From a virus (lineage: Duplodnaviria; Caudoviricetes), in IMG/VR virus record IMGVR_UViG_3300012267_000007, positions 1 through 44,329 of that record: 44,329 nucleotides of DNA; one strand, 5' to 3'. Both the position numbers and the translations under genes were made by a program. How positions within the stretch are numbered: the stretch's first letter is position 1; every line of letters starts with the position of its first letter. This document shows positions 34,859 through 44,329 of this stretch, one piece after another. The notes below the pieces were generated by a model. It did no database searches. It had not been told where the DNA came from and saw only the letters and a program-made list of their open reading frames with translations.

Positions 34859-35815
34859 TTAGTTATAAATATATTCCACTTCTGAATTTGGTCTACCAAT
34901 CATAGAAACTGCGGTTACCTGTACGGGTTTGCCCGTTTCATTGTATTTTTCTACAGCTTTCTGGTATGCAGTATTAAATAATCGTGATGCCGGATGGTAA
35001 TATGCTTTACCATGTCCAGCTTCATTATTCGATGGTCTATGAGGTGAAGTGAACCCATAGAAATCATTTCCTCTTCCTACTGATCCACAATCATTATTGA
35101 ATACAGAAGATCCAAATTTATTCCAAAAGAAACCGAATTCTTCTTCATCTGCATTTACTATAACTTCATCAATGCCATGTGTATATGGTGCAATAAAATC
35201 ATAATAATTTTCTCTTAATTTTGTTTTGTGTTCATCCAGTTCTTGTGCCGAATTAAAAGTTTTAAGTTTTTCTACATCTTTTACAAAACACTGTGAAATT
35301 AATAGTGTAGATTTCCCATCCACCACTTTTAGTAATAATTTGAAATCAGATCCAATATGGGTACCATCTTGTTCTGATTCTTTGTTAAGAACGCCAGCCA
35401 ATTTAGTTACCACAGTTTCCCATGAATTCAACGGATAAAAAGCCGTTACGTAACTCGTATCACCCATCAATTCCTTTGTAGTGCTATACTCCAAATTGTT
35501 TCTATTGATGGCAAAATCAAGATTAAACTCAATAACCGCATTGTTAAATTTTTTCTTAAATTCAGAAATAACAGCACGTTTTGCACTATACATTGCCTTT
35601 GTTAAATGATCGTAAGGATTACTTTCAAAATCATACGATACATTCCCACCGAATGTCAATTTGGGAAAGTTTCCACTCTTCAGTGTTGAATTATCCGCAT
35701 TTACATGAATAGAACCGTCATATTTTTTAATTTCTTCAACAACAATGTCGGCATATTTATCTGCCAGTGTGTCCGGATGACCCGAACCTTTAACTTCCAT
35801 TACATAATTTTCCAT
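34859..35815 (-). CDS. mat: S-adenosylmethionine synthetase, archaeal-type, divergent
   Basis: EVKGSGHPDTLAD, IGSDFK, DCGSVGRGN..GF.SP.RP...EA..GK...H, S.IGRP. Confidence 0.75.
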   Translation of the reverse strand: MENYVMEVKGSGHPDTLADKYADIVVEEIKKYDGSIHVNADNSTLKSGNFPKLTFGGNVSYDFESNPYDHLTKAMYSAKRAVISEFKKKFNNAVIEFNLDFAINRNNLEYSTTKELMGDTSYVTAFYPLNSWETVVTKLAGVLNKESEQDGTHIGSDFKLLLKVVDGKSTLLISQCFVKDVEKLKTFNSAQELDEHKTKLRENYYDFIAPYTHGIDEVIVNADEEEFGFFWNKFGSSVFNNDCGSVGRGNDFYGFTSPHRPSNNEAGHGKAYYHPASRLFNTAYQKAVEKYNETGKPVQVTAVSMIGRPNSEVEYIYN

Positions 35816-35831
35816 TTTTCTACCTGTTTAG

Positions 35832-36557
35832 TTATTTTTTAATTTGTGATAATAGTAATTCTGATGTCATATTTTCTGATTTGTGATTCATAATCAATCC
35901 CTTATCAGAGTAACTTGATACACTTATAGTATCATAAGTATTGAATATAGAAATTATATCCTTAAAGTTCAACTTAATTAAACAATCATTCGTTAGAGAT
36001 GAATCTTTTTTAATTTCGATAGTAGAAGTATCAGTCTTCTTTTTCTGAATATCATCCGTCAAAATAATATCTATAACTCCTTTATTTACACGATAATATA
36101 GATATTTAGATTTGATAATTGCTCCGGCATTTTTGATATCTTTGATAATATCAGATGTTAATACTACTTCCGGAGAAAATTTAACTTCGGGAAATTCGGG
36201 ATCCTTTAAAACTGATCCTTTAGTCAACAAAAAATCTGTTTCTATCTTACCAAATTTGATATTGATAAATCTCGGAAATGATCCATACCCTTCGATTGAA
36301 CCATATTTTAATTCCAATGTTGTATCGCCATGTTTATTCATTTTCAACATGCGAATGATACGATCCACATCCATGAAAATTACACTCTCAGTAGCTTCAC
36401 CAAAATCATTACTAACAATATTTTTATTTACCACTACTCGTGAAAATATAGTTTTGTTAGCATTGTACGAAATTGTACTGGTCTTATTATTATTTATGAA
36501 TGTTTTTGATTTCTCAAATATTCCTTTACAATAAATTTTCTCAAAATAGTCTTTCAT
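35832..36557 (-). CDS. putative DNA sliding clamp (T4 gp45-like)
   Basis: 241 aa directly after polB and near the clamp loader; mostly size and context. Confidence 0.6.
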   Translation of the reverse strand: MKDYFEKIYCKGIFEKSKTFINNNKTSTISYNANKTIFSRVVVNKNIVSNDFGEATESVIFMDVDRIIRMLKMNKHGDTTLELKYGSIEGYGSFPRFINIKFGKIETDFLLTKGSVLKDPEFPEVKFSPEVVLTSDIIKDIKNAGAIIKSKYLYYRVNKGVIDIILTDDIQKKKTDTSTIEIKKDSSLTNDCLIKLNFKDIISIFNTYDTISVSSYSDKGLIMNHKSENMTSELLLSQIKK

Positions 36558-39283
36558 TATCCGAATATGTCTATAACTGATTTATTTGGTGATGGTAGAT
36601 GCCAGTCCATTGCATCATAATATGCTTGTACCTTTTTGTCTAATAATTTTTCAATGCTCTTGTCCAGATCCGCATTTTCACGGATAAAGGAATCGATTTT
36701 TGGATGGATATATTCATCTTGGGGTATCGCAATATTTTTAAACCCGAAATGATTTTTGTTCAAGTATATCCATCGGATCTTGTCCCCCTGAACTATTTCC
36801 TTAAACTTACGATTTAATTTTGTAAGATGCAAATATTTATTATAGTTCAATGCACCTTTAACGGCTATAGGAGTTCCCTTTTTGAAATTGAAATTCTCTA
36901 AACTCCAATCATCCATAGTATTTACCGATGATATTTTCATAACATTCGTATAATCTTTATGTGCCATTTCCTCAATATGATCATAAAAATTCAGAACAAA
37001 ATCGTCAATTTCATCATCTTTTTTGTCCAAAATGATATCTAATAAGTCTCCCATGAACTTTTGACAAATTTTTGGAAAATCTGATCTAACAATATCCAGA
37101 CCCTTTACATCCGTTTCCGGTTCTTCGAGAATAACGCCCTCTTTTAGTTTCAATCTATTCGCATATCGTTTTTTAACACCCGAATAGAAACCAGTAGTTG
37201 CTACCCATTCCTCTTTGAATTCCAGTTTGTTATTATCAGAATTGAGCCAGAATTTAGCGAATGTGTCCATACGCTTATTAATATACTTAGATATTTTTTT
37301 GGAAATATCGAGAGTAGTATTCAACAAAAATTCCTCATCCATTGTTTTCCAGTCATCACCAAATTTGTATTGAAGCATAGGTTCAGCCGTCATGATAACT
37401 GAATCTGTATCACCCGCTACAATTGGATCTTCAAACAATGATATCATCCTTTCATCCAATTCCGAAGCGTTCATGGATTCAAATAACGATTTATGAATTT
37501 GATATACCGTATCCATACCAGATTTATTCACATACTGTCCGGTCAGAGTAATGGATTGTGCATTATCCTTATCATAAAACCTGAAATATTTATTTGATAA
37601 TACACCATAGATCGAATTAATAACGATTTTCATTCTCCACTGTGAGTTATCATAATACTCATATTTCTCCATATCCCCCTCAGAAAGCGCCTTATTTCTG
37701 AGTTTTTTATACTCTACACGTTTATTGAAAATGTGCATAATAATCTTGGGGATCACGCCAATTTTGTCTTTGGAGTAGAATACCCCATTGGCTGATAGAG
37801 TCAAATTATAATCATCACAGAAAGAATATAATTGTCCCACAGTTTTTATTTTAAACCGTTTTTTAAGCGCAGAAGACTTAACTGTAATGTTTATTTCCTT
37901 ATCCAGATCTGGTACTTTAAGACTTGGATCGAAAATATGATAATTGATTCTATATCTGGTTTTATCTTTCTCTTTCCAAACATCAATATAATTTTCAATC
38001 ATACCCCATTTAGTTTCGGGGCTGATGTTTAAAGTCACTGTAATCATTGGATACAGTGAAATCAAATCCTCATCGTAAGTGTATTCAAATCTACCGTTTG
38101 TGGCAGGTTTTACAAACGCACCAACAATTTTATCAGATTTCTCTTTGTCTTTAAGAAATTCATTTTCTTCTTCCTCGATCACTTCGGTATCAATGAAGTA
38201 TCCATCAACACTATTTGAATTCTGATTCTCTTTAAAATCTTTGAATGTTGATGGTTTACATGGACATACAAGACCCATCTCTTTGGTTTGAGTAAGGAAT
38301 AACCCTTCAGTGGTTTGAACAGCAGATATGACATCCTCGTACGGCACATGAGCCATATGTGCCAGACCTCTGGCTTTATGGATATATTTTAGCTTATTCT
38401 CCAAATCCAAAATCAAATCAACATCAACCACGTTATATTCAACATATTTGTCAATGTCGGTATTGTATAAATCTTGTAATGACCCCTCATATACAATTTT
38501 ATTTTTGCCCAATTCAACTTCAGCAATAGCATCTAATCGGTATGATGAACGTGTTTTTTGAGTAAATTTCTTGTATAATTTGATATAATCCATACAAGAA
38601 ATTCCGGCAATTTTTACTCTATCGTTATTAATCGAATACCGACATTTTCCAATTGGTGAGAGGAAATTCTTAAATTTTTCATCACGATCATCAAAAAGAT
38701 TAGCTAACCTATTGTAAATATAAGGCATATCATATCCATCAATATTCCAACCCGTAACGATATCCGGTGATAAATTAAACCAATACCGGATGAATTCCTT
38801 CATCAATTCTTTTTCACTCTGAAATACTTCTACAAAATCATAATTCCTATTATTTTTGTATCTTTTAGATTCATCTAACAGAAATGTTTTTTTAGACTTA
38901 TCCCAAAAATTTATAAGAGAGATGGCAAGTATTTTATTTGGGGATTGGGAAATATTCAGGGCATCCTTTGGGCGTTCTGGAATAATTTCTACCTCAATAT
39001 CCAATGCCGTAATTTTTATGTTTTTGGAAATGGATTCTTCTGGATATTCATCGATAATGAATCGATGTTCCGGCTTTACATCACTTTCTAAGTATTTGTG
39101 TGGGTTGGGTTTATAATCCTGTAAGTATATTTCTTTAACGGGATCACCAAATATCGATTCTAAAACTCCATCTTCAGCTTTTTTATAACCCTTTTTCTGA
39201 TATGGTATTTTACCATATCCATTTTCATCATCCCAATGGTGAATTAGGTTACTTGCATACTCGTAAAAAACATTTTTATACAT
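36557..39283 (-). CDS. polB: family B DNA polymerase (T4 gp43-like)
   Basis: ExoI DIE, ExoII GWN..GYD, ExoIII YN..D, DLISLYP, K...NS.YG, GDTDS, KKRY, KG. Confidence 0.97.
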   Translation of the reverse strand: MYKNVFYEYASNLIHHWDDENGYGKIPYQKKGYKKAEDGVLESIFGDPVKEIYLQDYKPNPHKYLESDVKPEHRFIIDEYPEESISKNIKITALDIEVEIIPERPKDALNISQSPNKILAISLINFWDKSKKTFLLDESKRYKNNRNYDFVEVFQSEKELMKEFIRYWFNLSPDIVTGWNIDGYDMPYIYNRLANLFDDRDEKFKNFLSPIGKCRYSINNDRVKIAGISCMDYIKLYKKFTQKTRSSYRLDAIAEVELGKNKIVYEGSLQDLYNTDIDKYVEYNVVDVDLILDLENKLKYIHKARGLAHMAHVPYEDVISAVQTTEGLFLTQTKEMGLVCPCKPSTFKDFKENQNSNSVDGYFIDTEVIEEEENEFLKDKEKSDKIVGAFVKPATNGRFEYTYDEDLISLYPMITVTLNISPETKWGMIENYIDVWKEKDKTRYRINYHIFDPSLKVPDLDKEINITVKSSALKKRFKIKTVGQLYSFCDDYNLTLSANGVFYSKDKIGVIPKIIMHIFNKRVEYKKLRNKALSEGDMEKYEYYDNSQWRMKIVINSIYGVLSNKYFRFYDKDNAQSITLTGQYVNKSGMDTVYQIHKSLFESMNASELDERMISLFEDPIVAGDTDSVIMTAEPMLQYKFGDDWKTMDEEFLLNTTLDISKKISKYINKRMDTFAKFWLNSDNNKLEFKEEWVATTGFYSGVKKRYANRLKLKEGVILEEPETDVKGLDIVRSDFPKICQKFMGDLLDIILDKKDDEIDDFVLNFYDHIEEMAHKDYTNVMKISSVNTMDDWSLENFNFKKGTPIAVKGALNYNKYLHLTKLNRKFKEIVQGDKIRWIYLNKNHFGFKNIAIPQDEYIHPKIDSFIRENADLDKSIEKLLDKKVQAYYDAMDWHLPSPNKSVIDIFG

Positions 39284-39928
39284 ATATAAATAAATTCAAT
39301 ATAAATAATAACTTATAACATCTCAACGGCTCATTGTATTTAACGTGGCATTACTCCTGTGCTCATATGACCGTTGTAAAATATAAATATAATAAACCAA
39401 CAATTTAAAACCAAAAAAAAATTATTTGTACCTGAGTTAATAAAATTTAGTTCACCAATTAAAAGTATTAGAAAATTCTAATAAAACTTAATTTTATTTT
39501 TTCTAAGTTAAATATAAACAAATATAAAACTAAAAAATAAGTTGTTTACTTAATTCTTCTAAGATATATAAAAAATAAATACTTATCTAAATTTATATTA
39601 GCCAATAAAACTTAAAACCAATAAAAATTTATTTGACTTTTTTCTAAAAATTCCCTACGCACGTGCGATATAATTAATGACATTGATTAAATAATTTTGT
39701 ATAAGTAATATTAGTTAAAATAGTTTAATTTTTTATTTGGTTTTTTAAGTTTTATTTATATATTATATATATTAATATTTTTTTAATATAGATTGCGTGC
39801 GTGCGGGTGCGTATGTGCGTGCACACGTGTACGTGCGTATAACAAAATTATTTTTTAAAAACAAATTTATTTTAATTTATTTTACGCATAGTTAGAAAAC
39901 ACAACCAGAATTTATAAATAAAACTTTT
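39284..39928. other. AT-rich divergence region, candidate replication origin or divergent promoter region
   Basis: About 645 bp without a long ORF; direct and inverted copies of AATAAAACTTAAAACCAATAAAA; (RY)n tract. Confidence 0.45.
39794..39841. repeat. alternating purine-pyrimidine tract
   Basis: TGCGTGCGTGCGGGTGCGTATGTGCGTGCACACGTGTACGTGCGTATA, one break in the alternation. Confidence 0.85.
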
Positions 39929-40216
39929 ATGTTAGATTATTTTTTAGTATTTTCAGTTATATTAAATCTTGTATTAGGATATTACTTTGTTGTAACATTT
40001 TTTAAAATATTACCCAAATACGAAGAAAAATTAAAATTTATAGCAGAAGAATTTCAACGTGGATATCAACGTTTACGTCAAGCAGACCTTCAGGGTGCAT
40101 TTGAAAATGACGATTATGTAGGAGATGCTTTTACAAGAATAAAAAATATTTACTCAGATTTATCAAAATATTTAACAGACGAAAAATATGAAGAAAAGCA
40201 AAAAGAAGAAAAATAA
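39929..40216 (+). CDS. membrane-anchored hypothetical protein
   Basis: N-terminal TM segment, D.QGAFE.DD.VG.F motif. Confidence 0.75.
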   Translation: MLDYFLVFSVILNLVLGYYFVVTFFKILPKYEEKLKFIAEEFQRGYQRLRQADLQGAFENDDYVGDAFTRIKNIYSDLSKYLTDEKYEEKQKEEK

Positions 40217-40919
40217 TTATTTTCCAGAAGAAACTAAAAAAGCAGTCGTAGAGTTTATAAAAGCTGAAACGATAGATGAAAAAAATTATATTTATGAACA
40301 GAAGTTATATAAACCTCTGGACGAAATGATTAAAATTAATATTAATACTCATGGTTTTTTTCAGACCGGATTTGAAGTACAAAGTTTAGTACAACAAGTT
40401 CATATGTTTGTTATTGAACAATTAAGAGCCATGGATTTTATCGAAGGGGAAGGGTTTACAAAATTTGACCCAGATGAAGGTGATGCTTTTTCATATTGTA
40501 ACCGGATGATAAAAAACTATATGGTTCAGTTACAACAACAAAACCAGAGAAGACAACAAAAATTGGGTATGGAGAGTATTGATGAGGACGAAAATTATTA
40601 CATAGAAACTTATTATGAAGAAGATCCTCATTTCAAATTAGATGAATATTTTGTTGAATATATTGAATATATGGGAGAGAATATTGATATATATTTCGAA
40701 AAAGAAGATGAAAAAAAAATTGCACACGTATTCATGGAAATCATAAAGGATCCAAGAAACAATTTTTCAAACAAGAAAACACTCATGATATATTTTAAAA
40801 ATATCATGAACGAAAAAAACTATAAACTAAATAAGGTTCTAAATACATTTAAAGATATGTATTATGAACTTATAGATGAATATTCAGAAAAATTAGAATT
40901 AGAAGAAATTTATGACTAA
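40188..40919 (+). CDS. putative sigma-like (late) transcription factor
   Basis: NYF.EET..AV, KFDP..G.AFSY...MIKNY resembles sigma region 2 as in T4 gp55. Confidence 0.6.
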   Translation: MKKSKKKKNNYFPEETKKAVVEFIKAETIDEKNYIYEQKLYKPLDEMIKININTHGFFQTGFEVQSLVQQVHMFVIEQLRAMDFIEGEGFTKFDPDEGDAFSYCNRMIKNYMVQLQQQNQRRQQKLGMESIDEDENYYIETYYEEDPHFKLDEYFVEYIEYMGENIDIYFEKEDEKKIAHVFMEIIKDPRNNFSNKKTLMIYFKNIMNEKNYKLNKVLNTFKDMYYELIDEYSEKLELEEIYD

Positions 40920-41286
40920 AAAAGTAAAAGAACAACCAAAAACAGATTTTCTACTTAAGTTATTTATTAGATCATATCTACAACGAAAAAATGGTTTGAC
41001 ACAAAACATTAAGTTGTTAAAAAACTATTACGTAGATGATGAACATGGAGATCCGGAGGCTGATGCTTTTAACACCTCAGTGACCACTTCTATTCTGGAT
41101 GTGTATGAGACGCTGATGAAAAATGATGATTTACTCATTAAATTTACTGAAATGGTACACAAATATGATCCGGACTCAGTAGTAGATTCTGAAACTTCAG
41201 ATACAGTATTTGATATCGATGATAAATCAGTAGAAGATGATTTTGATATGGACAAAATTAAAAAAGAATTAGAAAATGTCGTATAA
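40912..41286 (+). CDS. hypothetical protein
   Basis: 124 aa ORF. Confidence 0.7.
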   Translation: MTKKVKEQPKTDFLLKLFIRSYLQRKNGLTQNIKLLKNYYVDDEHGDPEADAFNTSVTTSILDVYETLMKNDDLLIKFTEMVHKYDPDSVVDSETSDTVFDIDDKSVEDDFDMDKIKKELENVV

Positions 41287-42310
41287 ACTTCCATTTGTTG
41301 GTATTGTTGACCGAATCATTGATATAGAATCTGAAGAGAAACAAGTAAGTCCTAAAAACGATTTAGTCGATAATAGATATCGTGTTTGGGTTAAACCATT
41401 AGAAGACATGGGTATATTAACCAATGTAGAATGCTTTTTTAGTAATTATTCGTCTATGGATTTACCCCTTCCAAATGAAGCGGTACTCATCATTCCAACC
41501 AATATTGGGAATGTTATTGTTGATAAATTAACAACAAACGCCAGCAATTTAAATTTTGATCCAAAAACCCCATTGCTCGGTGGAACTCTAAGTAATATTA
41601 ATAATTTACAAACAATACCATTAGAAAAAAGACAAACCAAATATATAAATAAGGTTAGATTGGAAGATCAACCACCATTTATGTGTAAAGTGGGCGCAAA
41701 ATATGAGTTGGGTAGAAATGGACAATATTTAATTTTTGATTCTAAAAAACGAATTAACTCAACATTAGAATCTGAAGGTGATTTTGTCAAAGTAGGAATC
41801 AGAACCGATGAAAATGAAGAAGATTCATTCGAAGATAATCATATTTTTATAGCTAAAAATGAGAATATTAAACGATTCATGCAAGTAAGTATGGATAGTA
41901 AATATACCCCAAGTAATGAAGATATGGGTAATGGTGGCGTGGGTAGCGTGGGCGATAATATCATGCTTTATGGAAAGAGATTTATGGTATTATTTTCACG
42001 AGAAAATTTAATTCTCAGATCGTATAAAAAGATATTACTTCATGCTACAGAAGAAGTTAAGTTAGAATCTGATAGAATAAATATTGGTGATGGGGCTGAT
42101 ACTCCAATAGTGAGAGGCGAGGAATTGGTGAAAATGATAAATGATTTAATAAGTATTATAGAATCACTACAAACTGGAATAATCATCAATCCGGCAACTA
42201 TGACATCAAACGCTTTTACACCAAATATTCCAATCAAATTAGAATTATTAAAACGAAAATATTTAAACAATAAAAGTCCAATGTTGAGTAAAAAAGGATT
42301 TATTGAATAA
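41276..42310 (+). CDS. baseplate hub/spike protein (gp5/GpV-like)
   Basis: OB-fold-like N-terminus with PLPNEAV, GR.GQ, C-terminal INIG..A..P.VRGEEL; context. Confidence 0.6.
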   Translation: MSYKLPFVGIVDRIIDIESEEKQVSPKNDLVDNRYRVWVKPLEDMGILTNVECFFSNYSSMDLPLPNEAVLIIPTNIGNVIVDKLTTNASNLNFDPKTPLLGGTLSNINNLQTIPLEKRQTKYINKVRLEDQPPFMCKVGAKYELGRNGQYLIFDSKKRINSTLESEGDFVKVGIRTDENEEDSFEDNHIFIAKNENIKRFMQVSMDSKYTPSNEDMGNGGVGSVGDNIMLYGKRFMVLFSRENLILRSYKKILLHATEEVKLESDRINIGDGADTPIVRGEELVKMINDLISIIESLQTGIIINPATMTSNAFTPNIPIKLELLKRKYLNNKSPMLSKKGFIE

Positions 42311-42336
42311 TTAAATATAAATTAACAATTTAAATT

Positions 42337-42816
42337 ATGAATAATAAAGGTAAAAAAGTGGGAGACGACTCGGCTATATCTAAATTAATTGGCAAAATGG
42401 TTGATGCTAATCAATCAACATTAGAACAAATAATGGAAACTAAAATAAAACGTGTAATACGTGAGGAATTGGATTTCTATTTTGAAAAAATGAATCGCAG
42501 GATTGACGAAGCATTGAGATCTGGTGGAACAGTACCAGCCAGTGGTAGAGTAAATCAACCATCCAGTCAAAAAATACAAAATGAGACATTTGAGACTGAA
42601 GGTTTTGATGGCGATTTAGATTATAATATTGAGGAAATACGTAAAAGGATAGCGGAACAACATAATCCAATGAAACCCGCCAATACGGTGCCACAAACCT
42701 TACAGGGCAACGGTAATGCCAATAAGATAGCTGATGAACAGGGTAATATGATCGATGTACCAGAGAACCCAGAATTGGATAAGAAAATAAAACGTGATTA
42801 TTCTGACTTTATTTAA
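42337..42816 (+). CDS. hypothetical (possibly virion) protein
   Basis: IKRVIREEL and C-terminal RDYS motifs. Confidence 0.65.
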   Translation: MNNKGKKVGDDSAISKLIGKMVDANQSTLEQIMETKIKRVIREELDFYFEKMNRRIDEALRSGGTVPASGRVNQPSSQKIQNETFETEGFDGDLDYNIEEIRKRIAEQHNPMKPANTVPQTLQGNGNANKIADEQGNMIDVPENPELDKKIKRDYSDFI

Positions 42817-42819
42817 TAA

Positions 42820-43197
42820 ATGGCTAAATATCTAAAATATCCATTAACACCAAACAAAAGTAGTAATCTTAATTTGATAGAAGATGATTATACATTTTAT
42901 GATCAGAATATCAAATTATTTTTTATGACAAATAAAGGATCTCGCATTTGAGATAAAAGGAAGGGTACATCTATTAGAAAGTTTTTGGGAAGACCATTAA
43001 CGGACTCTTTAAAAAATATAGTAAAAACAACAATTCAGAAAGAATTTGTTCGAAATTTTTCGAATATAACATTGAAATCTGTCGATGTAACTAATATTAA
43101 AGAAAATGTCAATTCTTTTGTAATTAATATTAGTTACAATTTTAAAAAAGAAATCAACCCTTCAACATCACGTTCGGTGTCGATTAAAATACAATAA
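42820..43197 (+). CDS. baseplate wedge gp25-like protein (125 aa), TGA=Trp
   Basis: QNIKLFFMTNKGSRI*DKRKGTSIRKFL (T.KGER.....G motif); TGA 42949; joins track ORF 42985-43197. Confidence 0.8.
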
Positions 43198-43199
43198 GG

Positions 43200-44329
43200 A
43201 TGGCTAAAAGACAGATAAAATATACAAATAGGGATTTCAATTCTATATTGGATGACATTGGAAACTATGCCAAACAATACTTTCCGGATTATTTCAATAA
43301 ATTTAATTCTGAAGAATACTCTGTAGAAAAATTAATTTCTGAATTAGTTGCTTATCAATCAGATATATTGAATTATATGATTGATGATAGGTATAATGAA
43401 ATGTATATTCAATATGCCAACGAAAGCTCTTCAGTATTTAGAAATGCGAAAAGATTAGGTTATAAACCTTCTACGGTGTCTGTAGCTGTTGGAGATGTAG
43501 AATTTTCACAATTAGTACCCGCAATATCATCTGGTTCAACATACATACCGGATACCGGATCGGCTGGAATAATAAAAGAAGGCACCAAATTAGTAAATAA
43601 TTCTGGTGATAATGTATATTCGGTTGTTCAAAGATGTGATATGAAAAATTACACCAGTTCAGTGGTAGAACAGAAATCGGGTGACAATCCAACATATTTT
43701 AGAATTTCGAATACAACAAAAATAAGATCTGGTAAATTACAAAAGAAAACAGTTACCGTTGGGGATCCGGTATCATATCGAAAATTATTAGTAGATAGTA
43801 ATGTTGCATTTATAGAATCTGTTGTGGATGCTGAAGGCAATAAATGATATGAAGTTGATTATTTAGTACAAGATTATATTTTCGAAAAAGTATTGAATAA
43901 TGGTACAATAAGTGAATATGAGGAATTTTCTGATTCAAACCCGTATATTTTAAAAATTCGAAAAACATCACGTAGATTTGTAGTAGATCATACATCTGAT
44001 GGATTTTGTTATTTAAAATTCGGCTCCGGACGGGATACAATAAGCGATGATTTAGTCAAAATATCAGCATATGATATTTTGACTAATAATGAAATATCTA
44101 ATTTGAATATTTCTTCAAATATTGTTGGTGACAACTTTACCAATTCCGATTCTTACGGCTTATCTCCTTACGACACTACTCTTACTATTACCTATGTTAC
44201 TTCACAGGGTCAGCCGGAGAATGTGAAGCCAAACAACATCACTAACATCTCAAGGTTAGTGGTAGATATTGATAGTAATGACTCATCAGTTACCGAATCA
44301 TTTCAAGTAAGTAATAATACTCCCATCTC
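43200..44329 (+). CDS. baseplate wedge subunit (T4 gp6-like), TGA=Trp, runs off window end
   Basis: YTNRDF, YFPD, AY..DIL, LGYKP; GNK*YEVDYL (TGA 43845) then open to the end with RRFV and FGSG. Confidence 0.88.

Noticed and set aside
17119-39116. Numerous + strand track ORFs antisense to groEL, the GTs, polB and others
   Set aside because: Shadow ORFs opposite well-supported genes, with no recognisable motifs.
1-44329. CRISPR array, rRNA, IS elements
   Set aside because: No regularly spaced repeats, rRNA-like sequence or transposase motifs were seen.

Overview
44 kb of a very AT-rich, large T4-like myovirus (jumbo-phage style) genome. The host is probably Bacteroidota, inferred from the lack of Shine-Dalgarno motifs, TTTG-N20/21-TATATTTA promoter-like motifs and attC-like cassette remnants. 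Left part (- strand): two tRNA arrays (179-1081 and 5729-7184) among small accessory genes. Middle: Dda-like helicase, a + strand neck/tail-completion block, an intein-containing GroEL, a CHAP-type lysin, PhoH, Nudix, five glycosyltransferases and dUTPase. Right: clamp loader, sliding clamp, archaeal-type SAM synthetase and family B DNA polymerase, then an AT-rich divergence region and + strand late/baseplate genes. Two main results. (1) Each tRNA array is preceded by a short leader peptide, an antiterminator and an intrinsic terminator, and the leader codons match the anticodons of the downstream array (12 consecutive codons cover all 9 anticodons of array 2). This is a candidate ribosome-mediated attenuator that switches on phage tRNA supply when those codons become slow. 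(2) TGA is read as Trp in at least 10 genes (19 in-frame TGAs, many at conserved Trp positions), while the replication genes use only TGG. The tRNAs are structurally odd: an 8/4 Ser, swapped variable-arm classes, covarying elbow pairs, a D-armless Ile-like RNA and a circularly permuted tRNA-like RNA. All calls come from manual reading; no searches were run.
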